A DNA stretch of 64,000 nt, taken from assembly GCA_002633005.1 (NCBI GenBank), contig NMRA01000303.1, positions 372,706-436,705 on the forward strand, written 5' to 3'. This stretch comes from Phoronis australis. Taxonomy: Eukaryota > Animalia > Phoronida. Positions 1-12,000 of this stretch are shown here, piece after piece. Position numbers and translations under genes: made by a program. The notes under the pieces are model-generated. The model had not been told where the DNA came from and searched no databases. It saw only the letters and a list, made by a program, of their open reading frames with translations. Position 1 is the stretch's first letter, and each line of letters begins with the position of its first letter.

Positions 1-368
1 CATTTTAGACCTTGATAATTCCTTAGAAATGTATTTGCATGCTTTTAACTATGCTAATGTACAGCAGGAGCTAAACGACAATGATATCTGTACATCATCT
101 TCGCTAAACAAAGTGCAGTTGTATTCACTAACAACTTGTAAATGTGAAAACAAAAATTCTACAAATAGGTGACCTTTGCACTAATGACGTACGTACATTG
201 GGGGCTTACATAACACGCATCATGCAGTGTTATTCCCCAACACTACGTCACGATACTTACTGAACATGGTTGAATGATTTAGGGCGGATCATTTTCTACA
301 CAAAACTCGTTCTTAAAAACATTTGGTAATTTTCAACGTACTTCATACTCATATCGTTGCTATAACTT

Positions 369-902
369 GTGTTTCTAACTAGTTTGACCAAGCAATCACA
401 GAGACGAGGAGTTAGCGTGTTTTTAGAAAAACTCAATTCACATAGTGACATAAATAGCATCTGCTTAGATGAGCATGCTACAAACATTAATTCACTATTA
501 TATGCAGATGACATGGTTTTATACTCTCTAACAGCGTCTAACTTGCAACGTATATTGATTTGTCTCAAGGATTATTATGATACATGGGGTATGGCTGTGA
601 ATTTAAAGAAAACCAAAGTAATCGTATTTAGAAATGGCGGTACCTTAAGACATTATGAGAATTGTTTTTTTAACAAACAGCAAGTTGATACTGTACCTCA
701 TTATAAATATCTTGGTGTTTTTATCACACCTTCATTGTCATGGTCGAAAGCGACAAAAACTCTCTCTTGTCAAGCAAATAAAGCTGCACCACGTGTTTTG
801 AAACTACAGCGCAGATGTCGCGATGTGCCCCCATCACTTGCCTTTTAGTTATTTGATAAACTGGTGTACCCAAAATTGTGTTATGGTGCCAAGATTTGGG
901 GT
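369..902 (+). mobile_element. LINE A (RTE/RTE-X-like) reverse transcriptase remnant, 5' part
   Basis: ORF 369-848 contains LLYADDMVL, VNLKKTKVIVF and YKYLG. It is interrupted at 902 and resumes after the insert. Confidence 0.85.
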
Positions 903-3023
903 AACCAATACCTTTGACATGGATGAACTAAATGCCGGTTTTAGCGCAGATGAAATAGTAAGGGCCATTAAGAAACAAAATAATAATAAATCTTCCGGAG
1001 AAGATGGCATACCAGCTGAATTCTATAAGTGTTTCCCTGAGGCCCTAGCAGAACTTCTCCACAAACTTTTTAATAGAATTTTCAATACCGAGCATTATCC
1101 ATCCCAATGGTCAAAAAGTATTATTGTACCGTGTTACAAAAAGGGAGACAAATTTAATCCAAATAATTACAGAGGGATCTCCGTTATAGTATTAATAAAA
1201 TTCTTACAACTATTCTTTACTCTCGTATAATTGAAGGGTCGAATAACACTAATTGTATCCCGGAAGAACAAGCAGACTTTAGGACTGGGTACTCTACAGT
1301 CGATAACATTTTTAACCTACAATGTATCATCCAGAAACATGTCACTAAACGGAAGGGGAAAGTATATTGTGCATTCGTTGATTTTAATAAGGCATTTGAT
1401 AGTGTAGATATTTCCCGTTTATTTTATGCCCTTTTAACCAAAGGTTTGCATGGAAAAATATTTCTTATTTAACGCAGTATGTACGACTCTATACAATCGT
1501 GTGTTATGGTACAGTCCCTGACCACAATTTATTTTAACTGTACAGTTGGCATCCGACAAGGATGTGTTTTAAGTCCCTGACTGTTCTCGGTGTTTGTTAG
1601 CACACTAGTGTCTGATATTAGAGAAAATGTACTCAGAGGTATACGTGTTTCTCCGGGATGTGAAATAGGTTCTCTGCTTTTTGCTGATGATTTAGTGCTG
1701 GTGTCGAATACTGTTGCTGGGCTATAGATGAAGCTCAATGTCTTCGAAAAGTTTTGTCGAGACTGGAACTTGCAAGTTAATTTGGAGAAAACGAATGTTG
1801 TGGTATTTAAGCGAGGAGGCATACTTTCAAGTAATGAAAGGTGGGTTTTTGGCAAGTAAGAAAGTAGAAACTAAATCGCACTACAAGTACCTAGGAATCA
1901 CATTCTCCTGCAGACTTAAATGGACATAGTGTTGTAGAGTACTTGCAAGCCAAGTTCGAAAAGCAATGAACGTTATTAAAGCCACTCTGTCAAACCTTAA
2001 CTGTATTTCCCATGGAGTGCATTTTAAACTCTTTGACTCTATGATAATGCCCATGTTAACATATGGTGCAGAAATATGGGGAACATCAATGTGTGAATCT
2101 ATTGAAAAAGTTCATAATGATTTCTGTAAATATGTTCTGAGATTGAGTATTAAAACGCCAAATGCTATGGCTCGTGGTGAATGTGGGAGACAATTGTTAA
2201 TTACAAAATATATGTGTAAACCAATTATCTATTGCACAAAATTACTAGATGTGGAAGAACATAGGTACCCACTGAAGTGTTATAGTATGCTTAGAGAACA
2301 AAGCGAAAATGGTAATTGTAACTGGGCACACCTTGTAAAAGAATGTTTGTATAGGTACGGCAATGGAGAAGTGTGGTTATTTGGTCCAGGCAATAGTGCT
2401 GAGTTTATTATGGTATTCAAACAGATATTACTGGATTATGGCGTACAGGAATGGCAACTGGAAGTAGGTAACTCAAATAAATATGAATTTTATAGTCTTA
2501 TTCAACGTGATCTTGTCAGCGAGCAATATGTGAATTGTTTAAGCGCTTATTCGAGAAAAATACTTGCGCAATTTCGGTGTTCAGGTCACTCATTTAATAT
2601 AGAGAAAGGGAGACATGTGGGTATTCATAGGTCACTCACTTAATATAGAGAAAGGGAGACATATGGGTATTCCTAGGTCACTCACTTAATATAGAGAAAG
2701 GGAGACATATGGGTATTCCTAGAGGTGAGAGAATATGCGGCATATGCTGTCTGGGTGAAATTGAAGATGAGCCTCATTTCATGTGTAGATGCCCTGTTCT
2801 TGGAGACCTTAGAAGAAATCTTCTACCAGAGCTTGTGAATGTTAACTATTCTCTTGTTAGGTTATTCCAACAGAAAAATCATGACAACATCCTGCGCCTC
2901 GCATTGTATATTCAGAAGGCTATGGCTTTAAGTGAAGAACTGCTCTCCGTCTAACTATTCTGAATATGCGTTTGAATTTATGTATTTATGTATGAGTAGG
3001 CAAAGCCTACGATGTACAATAAA

Positions 3024-3080
<57 letters not shown>
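903..3080 (+). mobile_element. LINE B (RTE/RTE-X-like), 5'-truncated, degenerate, with (ATT)n tail, inserted in LINE A
   Basis: RT motifs across frameshifts: KSSGEDGIPAEF, KKGDK.NPNNYRGIS, CAFVDFNKAFDSV, GIRQGCVLSP, LLFADDLVL, YKYLG. C-terminal FRCSGH..IEKGRH..ICGICC..EDEPHF..CP. Ends in an (ATT)n tract at 3025-3083. Confidence 0.9.
2583..2722 (+). repeat. 46-bp tandem triplication inside LINE B
   Basis: aggtcactcacttaatatagagaaagggagacatatgggtattcct x3; it breaks the reading frame. Confidence 0.9.
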
Positions 3081-3083
<3 letters not shown>

Positions 3084-4140
3084 CTTGGTGTTTTTATCAC
3101 ACATTTATTGTCATGGTCGAAAGCGACAAATACTCTCTCTCTCTTGTCAAGCAAATAAAGCGCATCACGTGTTTTGAAACTACAACGAAGATGTCGCGAT
3201 ATGCCCCCCATCACTTGCCTTTCAGTTATTTGATAAACTGGTGTATCCAACATTGTGTTATGGTGCCAAGATTTGGGGTTTTAAAGAATAGGAGTGTTTA
3301 GAAAAATTTCATTTAAAATTTTGTAAATGGACCCCGGGACTAGGCGGTTCTTGCTCTAACGCTGCAGTATTGGGTGAATGTGGGAGATACCCTATGCTTA
3401 CGAGATACTTTGTTAGCTATATTAAATACTTAATTAAAATTTTGAATATGCCACAGGAACGTTATCCAAGGGTCGCTTACAACATGTTGTACAGACTAGA
3501 TGAAAATGGTAGACATATGTATAATTGGTCAAGCTCAGTCCGCAATTTATTGTCAATGTATGAATTCTATGATGTTTGGGTAAACCAAGGAGTCGTATGC
3601 CAAGAGTCGTATGTAAATATTTTCTCACAACGTGTTAAGGACTGTGCTTTGCAAAGATGGCAGTCCAATGTTGATTCCAACTCTAAGTTAAACTATTACA
3701 GAATTTTTAAGGTTGTATTTGAACATGAAAACTATTTAGAAATCGATAATCTTCCAATAATGTTCGTGCAAAGTTTTACGATGTGCAAACCACGAACTGG
3801 CAGTAGAAACTGGTCGTCACGTAAATGTGATATATCAAGACAGAGTGTATACATTATACCCGAGGAACTGTGTCGAGGGTGAATATCACGCCTTTTCCGA
3901 AATCAGAGCTATGTTTTTAAGTGAGAGCCTCTGGACAAGTCCCTCTTTGTTTAAATTTCATATACTCTTATGTAATCCCGATACCTCAGTTGTGAAATAT
4001 GTATACTACACATCTAAAAAACAGAGCAGCTTGTGTATTACTGACTAGTGTGCATAGCACTCCAATGATCTTGTTTGTTTGTTTGTTTGTTGTACTTTGG
4101 GCCGATGACCATGTGTACAAATAAATAAAGGAAAGAATAA
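3081..4140 (+). mobile_element. LINE A, 3' part
   Basis: Starts with a repeat of 708-902, then continues AVLGECGRYP...WSSSVRNLL...ENYL and a degenerate Cys-rich end. (TTTG)n and AATAAA near 4070-4140. Confidence 0.8.
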
Positions 4141-4741
4141 AACGAATTAGCGTGCAAGTTCCACTTCAAGGACAGGATGTCAGTCATTCAAACTTCACAC
4201 GAGCATTCACCAATACTTAAAATTTAAAATTGGAAATATTATATTTCATGCCCGTACGGGGGGGGGGGGGTGATNTGGGGACCACCATACCGGCCGAATT
4301 TAATTTATAATACCTGTACCTGTACGTTTTCAATTACCTCCGTAAGGCTCTTTTACCAAAAGTACCTTTAGCTGTAAATGAAAGTCAGCTGTCAATAAAG
4401 CAATCGAGAAAAGCTGTCAGATAATAGCAAACTAGGCAAATCTACGATTTTAGTTTTGTCGGCAGCTTTGTGCACCGCTCAAACTAGGCGCTTGCGATGG
4501 GAGAAGTTGATTTCTTTGAGCACGCGCGTTATTTGAGCCCTGGACACGCAGTGGTTACACAGCATTTCGATACGCAGCGGGTCGCCCTGGAATCTCCCCC
4601 GAAGGGCAAATTTTCTGGCAACTACTGTGAATCGGTGCTACTAGTTCGACGGCAATAAGCAAAAGATGCCCTGAATAGATTCTTGTGAAACAAGATGGGC
4701 AGTGCGTCATAGTGCCTTTCTCCATTTCCACAAGGTGTATG

Positions 4742-4941
4742 CAGGGGGCTCGAGGTTCTGACGATGTGGACCTTTTACTAACAAAAAAGCGGGAAGACCA
4801 AAAAAATTAAAAAGGGGTACCAGGTTTGGAGCTGTGAATTGGACTTTTTTCTCGTTTTCTCGGTCTTTTTGTTTCTCTGAGGCGGACCTTTTTGCCCACT
4901 TCGCCAAATGGGGGGGGGGGGGCTCCTTCAAGTCCCCCCTA
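4742..4941. mobile_element. MITE-like element, CAGGGGG.. termini, degenerate 5-bp TSD
   Basis: Starts cagggggctcga and ends tcaagtccccccta; flanks are gtatg/gcatg. Confidence 0.45.
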
Positions 4942-5785
4942 GCATGTCTTTATAACAGGAAAACCCTTTGAACTCGTTGCCCTCAGACAGGCAGCGCTAT
5001 ATATGAGGAATGCGCAGAATTCGACGCCAGATGGGGTACTAAGTGCAGAAAGTGAGCCTGTTCACTGTTATCGGCAATCACCACGTTTGATTTTATTGTC
5101 ACATTTCTGACAGTCTATCAGTATCATAGCTAAACAGTGGTATTAAAACAGTTACCAAATTTTGTTTGATTTAAGTGTTTAAGTTAAAAACCTCAAAAAC
5201 TCTGTTACATTTATTTTTAATGTCGCTTCGATTTTGTTTATCCAACTTTTATTTTTTATCACAAAAGTTCTAAATTTTGATAAAGTAGTTTCTCATACAA
5301 AAGTGGAACAGTTCAAAAACAACGATTTACCTTATTTCAGAGAACAGTGCACACAGCATGGTACCTGAAAGTTTCAAATAAATCCGATCAGCCATTTCCG
5401 ATATATGATGTTCCGAAGATAGCCAAATTTGGTCATTTTTCTAGAATCTGACATACATGTAATCATAAAGAGCTTTAGATGCCCGGATCTTTTGAAGAAA
5501 AGTAGTTGAATTTTGTAATCAGTAAGCTATTTAGTTGTCTAATGCTATCTACCAATGCATTTATAGTTGTTAAACTGAAGTCATTGTACATCTCTGAGGA
5601 CAATTAGCAAGCCGCTTCATTATAGACACGTAGTTTAATGTCATTTCATTTCAGTTTCCTTAGCTTCTGTCACTGTATCATTTTGTACTGTAACTCAGAA
5701 ATGGCGATTTCAATGAACGAGGTTTTCGATCCTGTGTTACCCGACTGTCAGTTTCGTCAACTAGTATTTCACATATCATTATTTA

Positions 5786-5936
5786 GCTTTAAGGGGAGTC
5801 TCTCACTTAAAATGAGAGCCGAGAAGCCGCTTTAAGGGGAGTCTCTCACTTAAAATGAGAGCCGAGAAGCCGCTTTAAGGGGAGTCTCTCACTTAAAATG
5901 AGAGCCGAGAAGCCGCTTTAAGGGGAGTCTCTCACT
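5786..5936. repeat. 43-bp tandem repeat, ~3.4 identical copies
   Basis: taaggggagtctctcacttaaaatgagagccgagaagccgctt, with units at 5790, 5833, 5876 and 5919; ends at an N. Confidence 0.9.
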
Positions 5937-7151
5937 NAATGCCTGCACAAGTATTGTTTTTAACTCACGTGCCAAGTGTCAACTCACTTGATACATCCCG
6001 GTAAAATACAGTATCAAAGTTTGACATCAGCGTAGGCCTACACAGCAATGGGTTTTATGTCAAGACTAAATTAGCAACAGAAATGTGATGTGATAAGCTG
6101 TTACATATTTCTTAAGACATTTTCGGGACTGGGTGAGGAACTCAAGAAGTATCAAAGAAATGGCATAAGAATATTTATTGAAACTAAAAAAATGAATAAC
6201 AGTTACAGAACACTCAGAATTCCACGTTATAGACATACTGTTGTAGTTGTAGCGACAGCAGACGATAATGTAGGCCTAGTTCTTGGAGTAGTCTATTCCA
6301 ATAGGGAGCGATGAATCACCGCGGCTTTGCGTGATTTTGCATTTCACATCATAAAGAGTTCCATAGCAACTCGAGTATGAGTGTCAGATTTGAGTACGTT
6401 TGGAGTCTACTCGAAATACGACATTAGATACACTTTTTTGAGTACGACTCCAGTGAGCACGATTTTGAGTATGAAATCTCGAGTATGAGTATGAGTCTGA
6501 GTACGGAGATTGGAGACCGGGCCCTGGTTTTACAAGTCCGAAGTCATCAAAATCCGTTGAGTGTTACGTTAACCGATAAGGTCAATGGCCTTGATTTCAG
6601 TTACTGTAGGTCAACACATTATAATCACATGCAAAGGGGATTACATGCAGCTGGTTTACAAATAATGCGAGCGCAACGAATAAATCAAATGTAAGTTTTC
6701 GAAGACTGTTCAAATTTCAATAAAAACGAACAATCAAATTAATACCTCCTTTTGGTGCGAAAACGTATGTCGAAATAATTGTCATGTAATCAAAGTTTTA
6801 CGAACGCGATAAAAAAATTTCTTTCAAATAATCATACAATATAGCATGGCTGTTTCAAATGTATATTTGACCATATTTACGAGACTTGAAATTCTTATAA
6901 AAACCACTTGCTCGAACGCGATTTTAACTTTTGCTCGGCAACAGAGGAGGTCGTAAGTGTTTGAAAAAGTTACATATGTTACATCAGATATTTTTTCTGA
7001 GTAAAGGGGGGAACTCTTCGCAATTTTCTATTGCAGAACAATGTTATACTATAATCATTTGTGTGCGCTTGGAACACTCGACTACTTCTTGTCTTGACTT
7101 AACCTCTTCTATGATTGGTTCACACTAAGACGGTTTTGGGGATGACCTTAA

Positions 7152-7420
7152 AGAGGTCTGGAACACGAAAAACAGACTAAATCGCATTATGCAAAGTGTA
7201 GTTCTCTTCCACTGAAACAGAATCCTGTTCACCAGGTGTTTTTTAAGCTTTGTTTGCAAATATTTCGATTTTCTTTTGACGTCCAATCATTTTCTTCTAA
7301 ATTTGCTCACAGTGAAGAACAGGGAAGCTCTGTAGTACACGTTGCGAGATGGTACTTTCTTCAGGAAGTATTTAAAATATACATGTATTTTTGACGAGCT
7401 TTTGCGTTCCAAAACTCTTT
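7152..7420. mobile_element. TTAA-flanked MITE (Kolobok-like)
   Basis: ttaa|AGAGGTCTGGAACACGAAAA ... TTTTGCGTTCCAAAACTCT tt|ttaa. An inverted copy of the left end lies at ~8500-8540. Confidence 0.45.
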
Positions 7421-9048
7421 TTAAAGTAAGCAATATTGTCACCGAGCTTGAAGTTGTTGTAAATGTAGTTTTTATTCGACGGGCCTATCACCTTCATTTA
7501 AGAAATTAAGTTTAATGTTGTTTGATATTAACATATTTGGTTTAAAACGACATTACAGATAGGTCAAAAACCTAACTTTTGAGTAAAAATCAAATTCAGG
7601 GTTCTAATCTCCGATCTCGAAATCTAAAATATTTTCTATTTTCCATTCTACATTAAAAGTAACATACTGTAAGTGTCTATTAGATGCCGTCAACATTAAC
7701 CCTAGAACAAGTTACCCCTGAAACGAGTCGTCACCAGGATTAATGGTAATGCAGACGCTACTTGCGTTGGGACAACGACTTGACAAGCGTCTGACTAGGT
7801 ACGGTAACTTGTTTTGGGATAACTTGTCCCAGCGTAAGTCATTGTGCGGCGCAAAATTCTTGACAGGGCGAAAGTAATTTTCAAGCTGTTATCTTGCTCA
7901 GTTACATAAATACGGATGTCTTATTCTGTTTAGAACATATTTGTAGCAAGGTGTAGGATATGTAGTGCCGACGATTGGTCCAACATAGGCAAGTTGCTCT
8001 ATTCAAGGGTAAATTGTCGTGTGGACAATGATTTCATATTGTGCTCGACTGTATAATGGTGCACGCTTATGCACGTGCACCACAGTGGACTCGGACACAG
8101 ACTGGTAGGCACCAATCTTGAATTTGCACCAAAGAACGGAAAATTTCAAAATAATTTCCATTTTGATTTCTAATAAAGATTAGATCCCGAGCCATGTTTG
8201 CTTGGGTACTCAAACTCGAACAAATTGCGCTATTTGTAGCGTTTTGTATGAAATTGTCATTAGTTTTTCGTGTTAAGTGCGAACTTTTAAAAGAGCTGAC
8301 TTTGAGTTGTGCTCGACTGCCTTGTGGTCCATGTAGATATGTACGCCATCCGGCCACGGTGCAGAGATTTGGATTTTAGACTAAAACCTGGTACTTAGTG
8401 TAGCCGAGGTCGTCGAGTGCGATCTTGCGTTTGCGTAAACCATAACGCAATCGAGCTCAAAACCAAAAGCACTTTTATCTGTCGCAAAGAACCCCTTTGA
8501 ATAATGCAATTTAGTCTGTTTTTCAAGTTCGAGGACTCTTCGAAGCTGCATTTCGCCCCATTGAATTTTTAACCGAATCGCACTGGGTTTAAAAACATTA
8601 GGCCTACCACGCTCATTGAATGGATCTTGATTTGTAGCCGGGTGAGCCTACCTCTCAAAGCACATGCAAGAAAGCGTGCATGCGCCATTTTCGAATTCAC
8701 TATTCTAGAACTGGCCGTCCCCAATAAACCCTAAAGTGTTTTTTGAGTTGCTGGTGGCTTTGATGCTCATGTTGGTAACGGAAATAGAATCTTGTCACAG
8801 TAAGGAATATCATGACACCGATTTTAATAAAAAACCTAATTTGATTTTCACCTTTCACCAGCTATACGAGGTGAATTTCAGCATCAAGTTCTTCTCTAGC
8901 AACCAGATTTGATGACGAAGAAAACAAGCATTGGGAGCCTAGACTGACAATTCTAAAACATGGACCACTCTACAGGGGGCGGCTGACGAACGGGAGTGTA
9001 AAACAGAGACATTGTTGTTTAAAATATTTTGTTCATTATTTGTAGGAA

Positions 9049-12000
9049 ATGTCCTTGCGGAATGTCCCAGTTCTTGGTTTCGCCTTTCTGGCGCTGGTTG
9101 GATTATGCATTGCAACAAAGCAAGGTAGGTGTCAAACGGTGATCTGAAATATTCGCGCATGCTCAGTTTCGTAACAACTGGCTGAAGTGGTTCTATTTAA
9201 AGCTTCTAAAAACCCACTTTCCTAATTGCTGGAATTTCGTTATTGCATCGAGACCAGCCAAATGCGCTGGCCTGTCACAGCGGTCATTTCATGCGCCAAG
9301 CAGAGTACCAAGCAATGACGAATTTCGGCTCTTCCCAGACCAAGAAATCACTTCTCATCTACATATGGAGCAAGCCTGATAGAAGCAAGTGGTCTAAATC
9401 GGAACGCTCTTTAACGAACGGTTGCTTAGTAAATACACATAAAGTAAAAAAAAAGAAAAAAACGTTTTGATACATTCCACAACACGCACCTGTGTGTCTA
9501 CAGCAGTTTACCTATTAATGCCGTCAAAGAGTCACAGATAACACACGTGATATAATTTGCGTCTCTTGGGATCTCAATATATACATGTACGTGACATTGC
9601 AAGCAAGGAATTAATTAACATATGAAAGTGACGAACCGCAATGAACGAATGTACTGACACGTTGTTTTCCTGACCATGACCTTGGAAAGATGGTATTTGA
9701 AATGGACAGCTGCATGAATCAAATTTTTATTTCAGAATCGGAAAGCGAGAGAACGAAGATTTATCCTCGTGACCAAAGTCCAGCGGCGCCGAAACAAGGG
9801 GCGTTCCGCGATCTAGCCGCTCATTCTACCCAATATAAGATGTTTCCATATGGCAACATAGTCGGCGATACGCTGATGGGTACCAATGACGACGCGTGTG
9901 AGAAGTTTGTATTGAGCAAATCCATCAAATACATAGGCTCGACTTACAACAAGATATGGGTAAGTTACGGGTCTCGTGGGATCTCTGTGTCAAAATTGCA
10001 GACACCTACAATGGATGTGGTGACCTACATGTAAATGAAAACAACAAAGTGTCAATCTACTCTTGTAGTCGCGGAAGGCATAAAGAATTTGAAAATAACG
10101 ACAACAACAAACCACTGCTAAAACCCTGACGTTTTGCATTATTATCTATAAAACATCTTCTTGCGAATGCAGGTAACTGCCGAAATCAGTTGATCCGCAT
10201 CGGCCAATTAGCTGCAAGTTGGAAGAGGTCAGGGGTCAGTTTCATGAACACTAATCAGAAATTTTGTCTTACGCTCGACACAACTATTTGTGAAAGATAA
10301 TTAATTTTCAATATAGAAAAATAAAAAGTCTCTGAAAATACACTCATAACTGTTAGTGAATGATATAATTTGTATAAACTATATCTAGGCTGTGATATGC
10401 TAATAGCGTAGTTGCCTGACTAAATATTTATTCGCTAATCCCTTGCAAAATGTCCAAATTTGGTAAACTTTGAAACATCATCAACGTAACCCGAGTTCAG
10501 TATGTCCATTGCACATTAACAAGAATTAATATTCATTTCATACAAGGCGATCATTGTAGGTCAAACACAATGTATCGCTCGTCAATTAATGATTCTTTGA
10601 TGAATATTTTTTCCGTGATTGTCTCAGATAATAATCAGACCAGTCTCTGAAAAATACTGACAGGTCAAATGCTACTAAACCTTCTTTGGATAAGCTTAAT
10701 ATAAAAGGTATCAGAATTATTGCAATTAAGATATTATCAATGACGTCAATGACCCGCCTTCCAAAAAAACTTTTGCTTTTTTAGACTAAATTGCTCTTCA
10801 CACTAGAAGATGATTTCATGGCTTGGGAAGAAGTGATGCATGGTTATTGTGTGAGACCAGACTCTAAATGGTGGCTTGTCACTGAGTGTCATGTAATGAG
10901 CAAAGTTTCAAGGAATAATGCACAGTCAGTTGTTTGTAAAAATAATGTAACGCGGGTTAATAATCCGTATATGCAAAAACAAGACCACCAGCTCACAATG
11001 TTCATTTAAATTGCTGTACAGGTCTGCAATAATGGTCTCATAACATTCGACGGCCACTTGTCTTGGTACACACCGAGACCAATGGGGAGTCCATCCCAGA
11101 GCAGGAGGCTAATCGCCGCATATTGGGCAGATATTGACACCAGGTTTGGACTGGGAGGCGAGGTTTACTACGGGCAGCACACCAGTGGATCCCTTTTGAA
11201 TCAAGGCAAAAGTCTTGTAGAGGGAGCGCTACAAGGCATTCCCAACTTCAACCCGACAATTGTTGTTGTTGTCACGTGGCACGAATGCACGTTCTATGGA
11301 GCTAACGCCATTGGACGTTTGAGGGTAGGTACGAGGCTGTTGTTTGCTGTTTTACTGTTTTATGTATTTTGCTTCCGTTTTGTTTTGGCAATAATGTTGA
11401 GGATATTCTTCTGCTTGTCCATTTTGTAATCACATCCCAGGAACTTTGGCACATTTAATTCTGTATTGTGAATTTGCTAGCCCTTTTTGGGAAGATATTT
11501 CTCAGTTTTGTTTAATCGATGATAATCGATGATAATTATGAAACGATAATTAACAATAGAGCTCCTTTTAGAAATAACGAATTTTGATTGTAGCGAAATA
11601 TCACATATACCGTCAAAGATTGGGGGGGGGGGGGGNNNNNNNNNNNNNNNNNNNNNNNNNNNNNNNNNNNNNNNNNNNNNNNNNNNNNNNNNNNNNNNNN
11701 NNNNNNNNNNNNNNNNNNNNNNNNNNNNNNNNNNNNNNNNNNNNNNNNNNNNNNNNNNNNNNNNNNNNNNNNNNNNNNNNNNNNNNNNNNNNNNNNNNNN
11801 NNNNNNNNNNNNNNNNNNNNNNNNNNNNNNNNNNNNNNNNNNNNNNNNNNNNNNNNNNNNNNNNNNNNNNNNNNNNNNNNNNNNNNNNNNNNNNNNNNNN
11901 NNNNNNNNNNNNNNNNNNNNNNNNNNNNNNNNNNNNNNNNNNNNNNNNNNNNNNNNNNNNNNNNNNNNNNNNNNNNNNNNNNNNNNNNNNNNNNNNNNNN

